Both the position numbers and the translations under genes were made by a program. From the NCBI RefSeq assembly GCF_006345805.1, contig NC_043005.1, forward strand, positions 38,874,001 to 38,938,000: a stretch of DNA of 64,000 nt. Reading direction: 5' to 3'. The notes under the pieces are model-generated. The model had not been told where the DNA came from and ran no database searches. It saw only the letters and a program-made list of their open reading frames with translations. This document shows, in pieces, positions 40,144 through 60,085 of this stretch. This DNA is from Octopus sinensis. Its lineage: Eukaryota. How positions within the stretch are numbered: position 1 is the stretch's first letter; each line of letters starts with the position of its first letter.

Positions 40144-40920
40144 TGAAATCTATTTACAAGCCTATTATGCTGAGGAAAAGAGTTAATGTCACAAATAATC
40201 AAGTGTTATAAAATGAAAATTAGTTCTTGAGAAAGAAAACAGGCCACCATGACAGATATTAACAGGAAAAGAAGTAAATGTCTAATATAGGTAAGAAAAG
40301 AAAATGGCTAAGAGAATAAGTCTTGATAATAATCTTCCCCTTAAAACTAATAAGAATATATAACAGAAAACAACAACAAAAAGAAAACTAAGAACTAAGA
40401 GTAGGAATTAGGAACGTCAAGTGGTTATGTGCACCTTGTCTAGAAATAGAGAAGTGAAACTTCGTTCGAAAACATGAAAATTGTTGTTAATTGAAACAAA
40501 TTCTCATCAGATGGGAGATAATTATTTTATTGAATCTATGCTATATTGATTGTAAATATAAATTATCTAATAAGAATCTTGGCTCCAAGCAAAGACATTT
40601 TTCTGACTATTTATTTTATTTTATTTCTATAATTTACCTCGTGTGGTCTTGATTTAAAGGAATATTACGTGGTTTAACGACGTACTTTCCAAAAGGTTTC
40701 ATGAAGAATTTTTGAAGAAGTGAAGATAACTGAGTTGTTTAAGATATGAAGGACACATCTGAAGAAGTAAAGTTGAAACAGTATTTAGTTGTAATATAAC
40801 TTATCAAAGTGGGCACATACACACGAGAGTGCGTACGCCCGCACAATATAACAGCGAATAATCGTTACCAGCGTTATTATGTGTATCTACGCCTCCTTAT
40901 TCTTTCATTTACTTACACAC

Positions 40921-40969
<49 letters not shown>

Positions 40970-42320
40970 ACACATGCGTTTACGTCTGCACAAAAATACG
41001 TGAGATGACGAAATTGTCAAATAGGAAGAGCAATATTTGTTCACTTTAGATCCCGAGTTTCTACTCCATTAAAACGTGTAAATGTATTTCACGAGAATCT
41101 GCTTGGCTAATAGACAGCTTCGCTATGAAGTTGCAAATGGTATACAAACTTCCTATCCAAATACATTATCGCCTCATAATCTCTTAACACTCAGCTATAT
41201 TACGATCATCTTTAGGAAAACATGGATTGGTTCAACTCTGTATTCTTCTATTTTGGACGGTTTATTGAGATAATTGATATTTTTCGGAGTGGAACATTAT
41301 TGTATTTTTGAGATGTCTGTGAGAAGATACAACGTATAGTAGAGGGTCTTTACTATCTAGATCTTGCTGATATAAAGTCTATTTATTCTGGTAGAAAGCA
41401 CTTATTAGGCATTTGGCATGAAACACATTAATGAAGTGAAAATGTTTTTGCTAAAATCTGTTGTATTTTTAACAATTTATACAGTATTATCTAAAATTTT
41501 TCTCCGTATTACCCAGTTCATTTTTGTGGAAAATATATCTTTGTTTTGGTTTGTTTTATGCGATAGTTCTTACATAGAGTTGATTTGATCTTGCTGACGC
41601 AAGTTAACACAGTTTATACATAAGCCTGTCTTTGTAAAGTAATTTTTCTCTCTCTTTTTCTCTCTTTCTCTCGATATGAAGTCAACCAGTGTGAACGTAT
41701 TTCTCCAGTATTTGGCAATGTGGAAGCTGTGTTAATGGATCGGAATTCTTTATGTAATGGTTGCATACATAAAGAAATTGTCTGTGACGTACAGAATTCG
41801 AAGCCTAGATGGAACTGCATAGGATCTGAATAATTTATTATATTACTAGTACCGATGCATAGTTATTACTGAGTGTGCAATGTTAACGGAGTTGAAGTTA
41901 GCGGCCTTGTAGGTTTTTGAAAACTAAGTGTTTTTATAGTTCACCTGTTATGTTCATAAGCTGACAGCTCGTTATGGCTTGATTGTTATGCAGATATCAT
42001 TGACTGTGCTTATTATTGAAGGCGGTATGATTGTCTTTGTAAAGTAGTAGTATGTCGACCGTTGTAAAAATGGTAATATTACTATTGCACTTAGATACTT
42101 ATGAGTGTCAGGAAGTAGCGAACAGAGACTGTACATTTACTATAGTTATTCTGATATAACCCTAACATATGATTGATGATGACATGGGTAAATGCAATAA
42201 TGTATGTGGTAAAAGGAGAGAATAAGTGCATATGATATACTTTGTATCTCACACCATAACTCTTTGTCTGTTTATCTATCTATCTATATGTATGTATGTA
42301 TGCGTGTAAAATATATATCT

Positions 42321-42364
<44 letters not shown>

Positions 42365-42420
42365 GTATATGTATATATATGTATATATATGTGTATATAT
42401 ATATATACACAGCCACACAC

Positions 42421-42517
<97 letters not shown>

Positions 42518-42524
42518 GCATGCA

Positions 42525-42890
42525 GGCATAGGCGTGGCTAGGTGGTAAGAAGTTTGCTTCCCAAGCACATGTTTCCGGATTCGATCCACTGTGTGACACT
42601 TTTGGAAAATGTCTTCTGCAATAGGACTGGGCCGACTAAAGCCATGTGACGGAAACTGAAATCAGTATATATTTATTTATGTGTGTATGTGCATATTTGT
42701 GTGTGTGTGTTTGTGTATGTATGTGTTTCTTTGTGTCGGTATTTGTCCCCCACCACCAGTTGACAACTGTTGTTGGTTGGTTTTGTCCCCGTAAACTAAC
42801 GAATCTGTGAAAGAGAGCGATAGAATAAGTACCAGGCATAAAAAGAAAATACAGCATGGCCTCAGTTTGATGACTGAAAGATATAAAATA
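42525..42890 (+). mobile_element. SINE family A (diverged)
   Basis: gcaggcataggcgtggct..ggccgactaaagcc..gacggaaactgaa..tttgtcccccaccaccagttgacaac..gatagaataagtacc. Confidence 0.75.
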
Positions 42891-43075
42891 AGTTATCCTG
42901 CGACGGACCAGCGCTCTATCCAGCCATCTAGCGGGGAATATGTACGCCACTGAATCCGAGAAACACGCTATATAAGCCTTCCATTTGGAAAGGAGCATTT
43001 TGTTTATCTATACACATTCCTACGGGAAGGACAACGTACCCACTTATCTATCTATCTACACACACACACACACAG

Positions 43076-43124
<49 letters not shown>

Positions 43125-44824
43125 CCTATCAATCTACTAATAACTTTACCCACATTCCTATGTGCCTGTGTAGTGTACTTGCTCGTTCGTTTTTGTTCTG
43201 CCTCTCACGATTTCTCTCCCTCACGCATTCTCATTTTCTCTCTCTTTCTCTCTATTTCTCTAGTTCTCTCTCTATCTATCTGTCTATCTGTCTATCTATT
43301 TATTATTTATCTATACTATATGTATTTTTATCTCTTTTCGTTATCTATCTGTATGTATGCTTTTCTATCTGCTATTCTACCTGTGTTGGCTCTCTGTTCA
43401 TCTATCCATCCATCTCAGAAAACATTTAGTTAAAAGTCGTGACGCACCTACTAAAATATTTGGCCAACTTTTGCCAAACCACCAAATCTATCATAGAAAA
43501 TGTTCATTGAAGAAATTATTGAATTAAAAAGGCGCCATCATTATAATGTAGTTGAAGTTATATATTGCCAAATACCTCAAGGAAAACGAACAATTTGGCA
43601 GGCTGAGAAACATCTACTTAACAGTAAATATCAAAAAATACTACTTGAATACTGTTGAGGCTCTCATATAACCATATAAAGCCTTTTCTCTTATAAATAA
43701 TTCTGCAATAACAATCATTTGTTGGCCTTTGTGTGTGTTGTTACTTGGTGAAAATTAAATTGTATGTATAAACAGAACTATCTTGTTATTACATACACCA
43801 TTTTATATTGTTCATCTAAACAGACATACATATACTTCCATAAAAAATTACAAGACACATGTAATAAATTAGTTTTGTATTTTATTTAGTGTAGTATGCT
43901 GGGATGCTTTATGTTTTTATGCGTTTCAAAATTTTAGTAACCATGTAAGTAAATGGAAATCTTTTGAGCCTGAAATCAGTGTGTGGGGGCATGATATTTG
44001 TTCATTATTTGTTGCTCACAAAAACATCAATTTTAGAACAGAATGAATCTCTTTATGAAGACATAGGAACTAATCTTTCATCAAAACCTTGAATTGTCAG
44101 TATCGTTAACGTTAAATTCTAGCAAAGTTCCACTCGTCCACTATACTCACTCATGTTTATTCAGGTCAAAAGCATTTAAATCAATAACGTCAATCCCCAG
44201 AAAAGAATAACTGTACATGGAAGTATTTACATGTATATGTACGTTTGTATCTATATATATATCCCTTCATCGGAGACGATGAAGGGATATATAAAATATT
44301 CCAGAAACAGCTGTAAGACATATTTATAAATGTTCTAAAATCTTTCACAGCCTTGGAGTTTTATCTCATTCTGGAAATTTGTGTGTGTGTGTGTGAACGC
44401 GTTTTTCTGCATGCTTCCGTACATATACCGCCGTTTTGTTTTTAATAGATAAATCATATACGCTATGCGCATCAGCATTGCATATTTTTGTCTATATACA
44501 TATGTGCAAATATAAACGATTCACTTATGTATGTATATAAACTTACATATGTATATGTATATGCATACATATGTGGGGGAATCGAAGTTTCGGCCACTAA
44601 GCCATCATTAGACTGTGCTTCTTATCTCAGATGCATCGCAATCCGGTGATGGTTCTACTGGACGGATACTCGAAATCACTGTCAACAATATTCATATTGA
44701 ACAATAATAAATTTTTTGTCTGCCATATGCATTGAGTAATCTTTCAATTAAACCGTAAAGTTGTATTTATCATAGCTTATAAACAAACATTTGTATATAT
44801 ATATGTGTGTATATGTGTGTCTGT

Positions 44825-50852
<6,028 letters not shown>

Positions 50853-51489
50853 TACACATACCTACATACAGTCTTGATAAACTAGGCTTCTGAAAGCAAG
50901 AGAGAGGAAAGCTGATTCGAAGATTTGAGATCCACTCCATCACTGAAGCTGTAAAAAGTCTGTAAAACTTTACAGAAATGTATTATTATTTAAGTATATA
51001 TGAGCATGTGTAGACAGGCAACTATATGCGTGAGATTACAAACATAAAACAAAGCATACAAATCTGCACATATACATACATACCTGCTTGCATACATACA
51101 TACATACATACATACATACATACATACATACATACGTACATACATACATACATACATACATACACACACACATACATACATACATACATACATACATACA
51201 TACATACATACATACATACATACATACATACATACATACATACATACGTAGATACAAAATTACACTGTTGATATCGTTGAAATTCCAGTGAAGCAGCCTT
51301 GGATCTAGGTTAGAAAACGGTGTTTATTGAAAATACATACAATCATATACATTCTCACATCCACACATATGTATTTATCTATCAGTTTTGCGTCTTCAAT
51401 AAAAATGGAAATAATTGAGACTAACATCAATCATGGAATTGACAATGTTGCGGTTATATTACAAAAACTGTGCACAGTCTGATCTCCCA

Positions 51490-51960
51490 ACACCATAAGC
51501 TCACGCACCAGAATCCAGCTTTATGATAGAATAATTCTACCAATAGTTCTTTATGCTAATGAAACATTGAAGAATACCGTTAAAATACACAGAAAACTAT
51601 ACGTTTTGCATCACAGGTGCTTGAGAAGGAATTCTGAAATCGTACTAGGAAGACAACGTAGCTAATAAAAATATTCTTAAGAGGCCAAATCGAGATTACT
51701 TAGCGAAATTTTCATGGAACAAAGATTGATACTAGCAGGTATCATACTCTGGTTACAAAACTACTCCATTCTCAAACAACTTTCAAATCGACACCACAGG
51801 AGAGCAAAAGACAGTGAGGAAGACCGAAAAGTATATGGCGCAAGACATTCTTAACAGATATGAGAAAGGTCAATATCACATGGCCGTATGCAGAGAAAAT
51901 AGCAGTCAATAGAAGCCAATGGCTTCATCTTGCTGCAAAATGTGCTAGAGAGCGCAGCAG
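51490..51960 (+). mobile_element. RTE-clade LINE 3' fragment
   Basis: ISSRTRIQLYDRIILPIVLYANET..RKLYVLHHRCLRR..GRPKSIWRKTF is the typical RTE ORF C-terminus. Confidence 0.8.
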
Positions 51961-53139
51961 GGACTGATACTGATATATAAATGTATATTTATACGTACAT
52001 GTGTGTGTGTGTGGTGTGTGTGTGTGTGTGTACGTGAGTGTGCGCGTGTGTATTTCTGGATGGATGAATGGATGTATTTCTCTAACTATTTCTCATGTAT
52101 GTATTTATCAAAGTACGGGAGGAAAAGAGAATGGGAAATTGCGAACGAGGTGCCGCAGTCTATAAAATGTGGATTGCATTTGAACTTGCAAAATGTTACT
52201 AACCACGAATAAGAACTGAAATCTATATTATAGGCGTCGTCTGCCACGAAATATTAAGAAGCCACGTATTTGTAGAGGGTTTGAAAGTGTTATTTTGTTA
52301 ATGCTGAGGAAATACGTAATGCTACAACCCACTCTACCGAATATTCTATAATTGTGCCTTTATACGACTAAGTTAAGAAGCCTTCCTTGGATGAGGTGGG
52401 GGGTCAACATCTGAGGTTGCAAGTAGTCATTTGACACTATTCTCCTAATGTTAGTTCATGTCAGTAACCAATGAAGCCGGATTAAGTAGGGACACAAAAA
52501 CGAAGAGCTACATTTTCGTTGTCTTATCTCTTCTCGTGTGCTTATATATCACTAGACTTTCAAACATTGATAACAACTTTATTAACCCCACAAAATGCCT
52601 ATATAATGAATTGTATGCATGTACTTGTCTTCAAACATATGGCTACTTTTATATGACTAACAACCTCCGTTTTTCTGTGTATGTAGCCTTTTTCTCTGCA
52701 AATGTTTTCTTGCAGAATCTTCTAAACGTCTACAGTTTTCGATGGTTCAACACAATGTCTAAAGACAAGACTGTACCAATATTGGCTTCCAATTTTAAAC
52801 TATACAGTTATAAAGTTCTAACATTAAGTCTTCCCAATTAATGGTTTTCAATCAACGCAGATGATGTGTGGATTCCGTATGCTATAATTTTCATTTTAGA
52901 ATCGAATTAGCTTTTCTGAACCATATTTATTTTATCTTTCTTTCTTTGCCACAATTTTTAAATCTCGTTTCTTTCTTACCCATTCTTCTCTGTTATCAGT
53001 TTTTCTTTTCGTTATTTCTTTATCATTTTCAGTTTCCTCTTTCCCTTTCCGTCTCAAATGTATTCCTCTTTATTCCAGTTCTTGTTAAGTATCTATGTCC
53101 ATCTCCATCATGACAAGTTGACTTCGTCTTCCTAAACTA

Positions 53140-53500
53140 CAGCCACGCCATTACAACCTACAGCTGTATGGTTAAGAAGCTCGCTTTGGAAGCATGTGAT
53201 TTTCAGTTCAGTTCCACTTGTTAGCATCTTGCACAGACGCCTTCTACAATAGCCTTGGGCCGACCAATACCTTGTGAGAGAATTTAGCAGACGGAAACGA
53301 TGTGTAGGCCAGTTGCGTGCGTGCGTGCTTGTTCCTCGCCAACGTTTGACAACCAGTGTTTGTTTGCGCCCCATAGCATGGCACGTCGGTGAAAAGAGAG
53401 TGAGTGAATAAGTATCAGACTTGACAATAAGTTCTAGAGTCGATTTATTCGACTAAACACTCTAAGTATGTGCCTCAATGTTGCCACAGGCTAGTGATTG
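53140..53500 (+). mobile_element. SINE family A (diverged)
   Basis: gtatggttaagaagctcgct..ttcagttccac..gggccgaccaataccttgtgagagaatttagcagacggaaac..gtcgatttattcgactaaa. Confidence 0.75.
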
Positions 53501-55464
53501 ATACAAGTAAAACCTAGAAATATAGTAGCCACACGCACAACCATGTACAACATACACGTACACTCACACAAACACACACAAAATTACAAAACATATACGA
53601 ATTACTCAATTCAAAAACATGTTTAAAGGTAAAAATGTTCACCTAATAATTTCTTCCACCTTCTTTGGTCTAGCCTCGCTAATTATCTGTCTATATCTCA
53701 TAATAAGGTTCTGTTTTTTTTCTTTTTTATTTCATATTTGCCTACATTTGATTCTCAAGTGTAAAAGATTTTAATCTAAGAGGTCAAATCTTCTAGAAAC
53801 TTTTGGCTGTTGACTATGAGTTATTTACAAAATGGTGAAAGGATACTTTTACATCAAGATATATGTGTGTGGAGTGGGGGACATGTATATATATGTGTGC
53901 AATTTAAACATTAAAATATTTAAGGCTCTCATAACTTTTGCAGGCGAAGATACGGTTTGTTCATTTTTTTCATCCAGTAGTCATGATATTTTATTATAAC
54001 ATTGAGGAAATATTCTCAAATATATACGCACAAACACAATATTACCACACTCTTTCTTATTTGTTTTTGTGCTGTGTGTGTGTAGTCTATGTTAGTTTGT
54101 GCGTGTCTACATATAGACACACGAGCATACACACACATATCAGAATCAAGTGAGATAAGGTAGCAGAATACAAGGCTAAAGAATAACTGACACTTGAAAT
54201 CTGCTTGTTCCTCTGATAAATTTAAATCCTGCAACAGTTGTTCTTGCCTCTCATTCTTCCGAGTTTCATAAAAAGATAACAAATAATCAATGGCTAGTGG
54301 AGTTTTATGGTTTGGGCTCTAGTGAAAGGATGTAAATAGACATAGCAACGAGAACAGATCTGATGTAGGTATCACAAATGAATCAAACTTGTAGAAGTTT
54401 TGTGATGGCAAGGAAAGGGTCAAAAAACATTTGTAGAGTCGTAGTAAAAATGGAATGATGCAACTAACAAACGCTGCATTGCCATTTCAGACGCTCTTCT
54501 CTTGTAGAAAGAAAACGTAAATTTATCTAGAGCATATCAAATTTATAGCTTCGCATTTAGTAATATACCCCTCAAGCACCGTTAACATCAGTCAATATTA
54601 AGCTCAGCTGCAACTGGTCTTGGCCTATATTAGCGGTATTTATCTGTTAATTTATGTGTGTGCGTGTTCATGTGTGTGTGTGTGTGTGTGTACGTAAGGG
54701 AGAGAGAGAAAGAAAGTGAAAGTACGTATGTGTGCAAGTTTTTGTGTGTATGTATGTGAGCACGTCTTTGTGCGTGTATATGCATAGGTCAGGAGAGGGG
54801 GGCAGGAAAGAAAGTATGATATATTTATCCTTTTAAGTCGCTACTCTGGGTTTCTTGATAATGATCCTCGGGAGATCGACATTGTAGCGAATTAATTTTT
54901 TTTGTTAATGTAACCGTTGCTTGGATTTGTTTGGCACACAATGATTATAACTCAAGTGGAAATCCTTGGTTACACATATATAGGCATATATAGTGTGATT
55001 ATGTATAAAAATTCATAAAATGTAATACGATAAAACAATTGGCAATTTATAAAACACTATTGGGTAAGCATTGTTGGCAAGGAGGAAGTCAAGAGAAAGT
55101 TTCTTAGACATTGCTCCTATACGATATTTTCGAGGAAATTCTATTAAAAAGCCGTTGCATACATCATCATTCTTGATATATTCGGCAGATTCCTACCTGA
55201 ATATGTTAATCCCTGTTGTATTTTATCATTAAACTTCTCTTTTCAGACAAAGCGAATGTGTATTCATAGCACACTCGCTGTATTGGGATAAGGGATTTCG
55301 GGACATCGTTGTTTCGTTCTTGCGTGCATTTTTCGCGAAAGCTACACGAGATCATTGAGTTTAACAAGGATTTTAGATTTGGTTATTGGATTCCGCAAAC
55401 AAATTATTTGCTGACGTTATCCAACCAACTATGAATCGTTATGGGCATATTTCTGATTTGGAAA

Positions 55465-55700
55465 CCTTACCCTAAAATTAACCCTAACCCTAAAACTAAA
55501 TCTAACCCTAATCTTAACTCTAATCCTAACCCTAACCAATAACATTAACCCTGACCCTAACCTTAAAACTAACCCTAACACTAACCTTAACCCTCATCTT
55601 AAAACCAACCCTAAAACTAACCTTAACGCTAACCCTAAAACTAACCTTAACCCTAAATCTAAAACTAACTATAACCATAACCCTAAAACTTACCCTAACA
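55465..55700. repeat. Degenerate (TAACCC)-like interstitial telomeric-type array
   Basis: Hexamer register TAACCC/TAAAAC/TAACCT is maintained over about 235 bp. Confidence 0.8.
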
Positions 55701-56683
55701 CTGTGCAGAATAAAAAAAAATCTGATTAAAAACAATCAAAAATTTTCAAACGATACTGTCCGTATCGTTTGCAAATTTGCAAATTATCGCCCCTTGCATC
55801 GTCTGACATATTTGTTTATATTCTTGAGTGCCCGTTTTCCGTTTGTTTTATTTTTTAGTATAACATATTTAAAAATGGATGAATCTTTCTAATTGATTGC
55901 GCACATCATTTATTTTGTATATATTTTCCATTTTCATAACTTTTTTTTAAAATTGCATTTCACCTTCTAATTGAGGTGCGTTTTTAAAGGAGCTCCACAG
56001 AAACAATCGGGGGGCAGGGAGTGGGGCTGCAAGAAATTCGTAACTTCTCAATTTTCTTTTTTATAGCATATATATGTACTTACGGGGGAAAATATTGAAA
56101 AACATTAATACATGCGAGAGTGTTGCAGAAACGAGGAAGGTTGTCTTTGACTGTGCTACAAACAACAGCCCAATCTCCTTTAAATCATTCACTTTTCCTT
56201 CTGAAATTATTAACATTTTTTTACCGAAAAGGCTCCCCTCATGGTTCTGAAGTGTAAAAATAATGGCCAAAATAGGTCCGGAGTGGGATGAATTTTTTTA
56301 AAAAATTCGAAACTTTTTTCATACAAAGATGAAAACTCCCCGAAAACCCCGCCACCCCAATGGGGAAAATCACCGACGAATAGGCTGCTGAATTGAAATT
56401 GCTGAGGGGAAGGTAAAATTTGACAACCTGCTTCCCCCTCCGTTGTTGGACTACCGTAATATTCGTTTAAAAAAAGAGAGATTATGACCGTGATAAAATA
56501 ATGAAAGCAGTATTTACTAAGTAAGTAAGTAATATTATATAGAGAAATAATTAGCTGATAGTAGACTGGAAAAGGTAATCCTCCTTGAAGTATTCTACAA
56601 CCAACATATCGCAGAGAATATCGCTATATCATTTCCCCTTGAATCGCCCTTGAATATAATATCTGAACTGATCCATTCCTCTG

Positions 56684-56742
<59 letters not shown>

Positions 56743-56874
56743 CGCATATATATATTATTTTGTGTGTATATATATATGTCTATGCCGATGTGTGTGTATG
56801 TGTGTATATGGTGATCTGTATTTGTAGATCAACTGAAAGTTACTGTATATCGACATATATGTCTCTATATATGC

Positions 56875-56954
<80 letters not shown>

Positions 56955-58444
56955 ATAGGTACAAGATCCTACTTTAAATGATTAGTAAGCAGTAAATAGT
57001 TATATAGTTGACCTGTTCACTTATGCTAAAACATGAAATACCAACGGACAGCATCATGCATTCTACGTGTTTTAAGACCAACAGCCACCTCCCTATATCT
57101 CGGGTGCCCTATTACTCTTCATCATAATACCTTTTCCCCACTTCTTTGAATATTTACATTCTATACGTCCATTCATAAATTTTTAAATCTCTACATTTAT
57201 ACATCCTTGGTTGCCTTTTAATGTTTATAAAATTTTGTGTATATTCTAAATTTCTGTTCTGATACTCGCTAAAATTTATCGGTTTAGTAAAACAAAATGT
57301 TACTGATTACAATTCAAATCTTCAATTATTGCAAAATAATCATACGGCACATTATATACTTACCGTTTAATTTCTTTGAATTCCTAGAGTTTCCATGTAT
57401 TGCATTATATATTCTCCATGCATATATCTTTTATTATTGAGCAATCCGTATACCAATATATTTGCAGAATTAAGACATTAGCCTAAGCTTGTGAGCATCA
57501 ATGTATTCATATCTCTGTGCCATGAAATTACATAATTTTGTATTTTATATTTGCATATTTTTGTACATTTGTATATTTGCACTTTTTGTATATTTTCTTT
57601 TCATGCTGCGTTGACATACATGTGTTTATGTGTCTGCATTTACATATATTTGCATATAAGTGCACACATTTATATACAAGTTTATGAGTATGTATATAAA
57701 CGTTTAGAGGACAGAACTACACATGAATATTCATGTTCATAGAGAGAGGGCGTATACATGCATGCATACCTAACTCTGAAGATATGTCTATGCAAATGTG
57801 TGTGTGTGTTTTGTGAGTGTGTGTGTGTGTGTGTGAGTTTTGTCTGTGTGTATGTGTGTATGTACTGAACTGTATTTATAGATCAACTAAGTGTAAATGA
57901 CGGCAAGTTACTGTATGTTCACATATATGTGTGTGTGGAGGGGGGAATGTCTCTATATATGCACATGTGCGCACACAGATATTTATGTAGGAGTTTGAAT
58001 AATTATAAATATGTGTGTGTATATGGAAGTGAATGTCTCTCTTTCTGTTTGTACAAACTTTAGTAAATATATGTACTTACATATGTATGTGTATGTGCAT
58101 GTATATATGTACGTAAGATCGCATGTATGTATGTCATTATTCAGTTTATTTTAAGATTTCTTGCCAATAGAGAAAGAACAGGTTTCTAACCTAGCTCCAA
58201 GGTTCCTTCATTGGAATTTCAACATCACCAACAGGGTATTTTTGTTTGTTTGTGTGTATGTGTGCGTGTGTATGTATATATGTATGTATCTATGTATGTA
58301 TGTGCAAATTTGTATGTTTTATGTACATATTTTCATGCATATAGTTGCATATCTAGACATGCTTATATATACTTAAATGATAAACTTGTTGAAGATTTTA
58401 CAGATATTTATAGTTCCAGTGATGGAATGGACCTGTAGTCTTCG

Positions 58445-59075
58445 AATTAGCTTTCTCTGTTCTGCTTAACTTAACTTAACTTAAACGTAAATTCTCAAGA
58501 TTAGTATTTAGGCAATGTGCTACATATCCCAGGGTCCTAATAATTACAGGTATAAACCTGAATTTGTAATCTGGATAGAGTAACTTCAGATTTCTCAATG
58601 TTTCAGTATAGGTGTTCTCTTTTTCACTGATCTTCTGCTTTATGTTAACATCCGCTCGGCAGCAGATTTCCACAACTGTGTACAGTTTCTCTTCCTTATC
58701 CCAAATGATTATATCAGGTCTGTTGTGCTTACATATTGTTGAGGCCTTCACTGATACATTCCACCAGTATTCCTTTCTATTATGAGTGGCTATGGCTTGT
58801 ACCACATTGTGGGTTTTTATTTCTTTGTCCTCGGGTTTATCCTTCCAATGAATTTCATTAATTCATTATAAAGTGTCCTAGCTGCATCTCATCAGTAGAT
58901 GAACCGTGATGACATTTTCGGACAACAGCTTATAATGTGTGTGACATATTTAGTGTGAATTCCACACAAAGTCTGCGTCGGTTGTCACATTTGATGGGTG
59001 TTCCTGCATCGCTATCCCTTTTGTGCATGAAGGTACTTGGCTGATATTTCCTGTTCCTGGTTTGCAAACGCATAT
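58445..59075 (-). mobile_element. RLE-type LINE 3' fragment (CCHC knuckle plus restriction-like endonuclease)
   Basis: RRLC..SHIISCCPK (~58900-58985), then ORF 58476-58805 YWWNVSVK..HNRPDIIIWDKEEKLYTVVEI..KENTY..FIPVIIRTLG. Confidence 0.85.
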
Positions 59076-59149
59076 CCTTCAAAGTGGGACGTAGTAATCC
59101 GGATATTCGTCCATTATAAGCAGCTGTATACATATTATGAATGCAAATG

Positions 59150-59181
<32 letters not shown>

Positions 59182-59339
59182 AATGCAAATATATACATAC
59201 CGTATATGCATATAGTACACACATATACACACACATGCACATATGTATGTACATATATATAGTTATATATATATATGTGTGTGTGTATACATACATACAT
59301 ACATACATATATAAACTTATTCTTCTATTCTTTTATTCT

Positions 59340-59600
59340 TTTACCGAACCCCTAATTTGCAGAGACGTAAACACACCAGCAACGGTTTTCAGGTGATGGG
59401 GGGTAATCACAGATGCACAAATTCATATATATGCAGACACACAGACAGACTTCTTTCAGTTTCCGCCTACCAAATCCGCTCACAAGGCTTTGGTCGGCCC
59501 GAGTCTATAGTAGAAACCATTGCCCAAGTTTTCAAGGAGTGGAACTGAATCCGGAACTATGTGGTAAGGGAAGCAAGCTTTCTTACAGCACAGCCATTCA
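59340..59600 (-). mobile_element. SINE family A (diverged)
   Basis: agacgtaaacacaccagca..ttctttcagtttccgcctaccaaatccgctcacaaggctttggtcggcccg. Confidence 0.75.
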
Positions 59601-59664
59601 TGTGCCTTATATATATATAATGATAAATATCAAAGTGAGTTATATACAGTAGCGGTAACACATC

Positions 59665-60047
59665 GTGACGTATTTTTGCCATTTCTATATGGCTAACCCC
59701 TAAGGGTGGATGCTACTGTAGTTTTTAGCCCCAGGAGGACACACTCCTCCAGCTGGCCATAGACACACTTTCTGTGTCCTGTCAGTATTTGCAAAGGGAA
59801 GTCATCCTTCCCGTCTTCAACTTATGATACACACGGACTCGAGTTTCGAGGTATTGACCTCTCGTCAGCGTGTGACAATCATAGTTGTCGCCGAGAATTA
59901 GATTTCCTTCACAAATACTTATACTTTTTCCAGCGTCCACACAGAAAGTGTGTCTATGGCCAGCTGGAGGAGTGTGTCCTCCTGGGGCTAAAAACTACAG
60001 TAGCATCCACCCTTAGGGGTTAGCCATATAGAAATGGCAAAAATACG

Positions 60048-60051
<4 letters not shown>
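59665..60051 (-). mobile_element. Young Penelope-like/retrozyme-type insertion with perfect 113-bp inverted repeats
   Basis: 59665-59777 is the exact reverse complement of 59939-60051. The 161-bp spacer holds a hammerhead. Confidence 0.75.
59830..59874 (-). ncRNA. Intact minimal type-I hammerhead ribozyme
   Basis: Minus strand: CACACG CTGACGA GAGG tcaata CCTC GAAA CTCGAG TC CGTGTG. Stem I 6/6, stem II 4/4, full catalytic core, palindromic stem III (ACTCGAGT), GUC cleavage triplet. Confidence 0.9.

Positions 60052-60085
<34 letters not shown>

Noticed and set aside
55465-55700. True telomere or chromosome end
   Set aside because: The array is short, highly degenerate and internal to the window.
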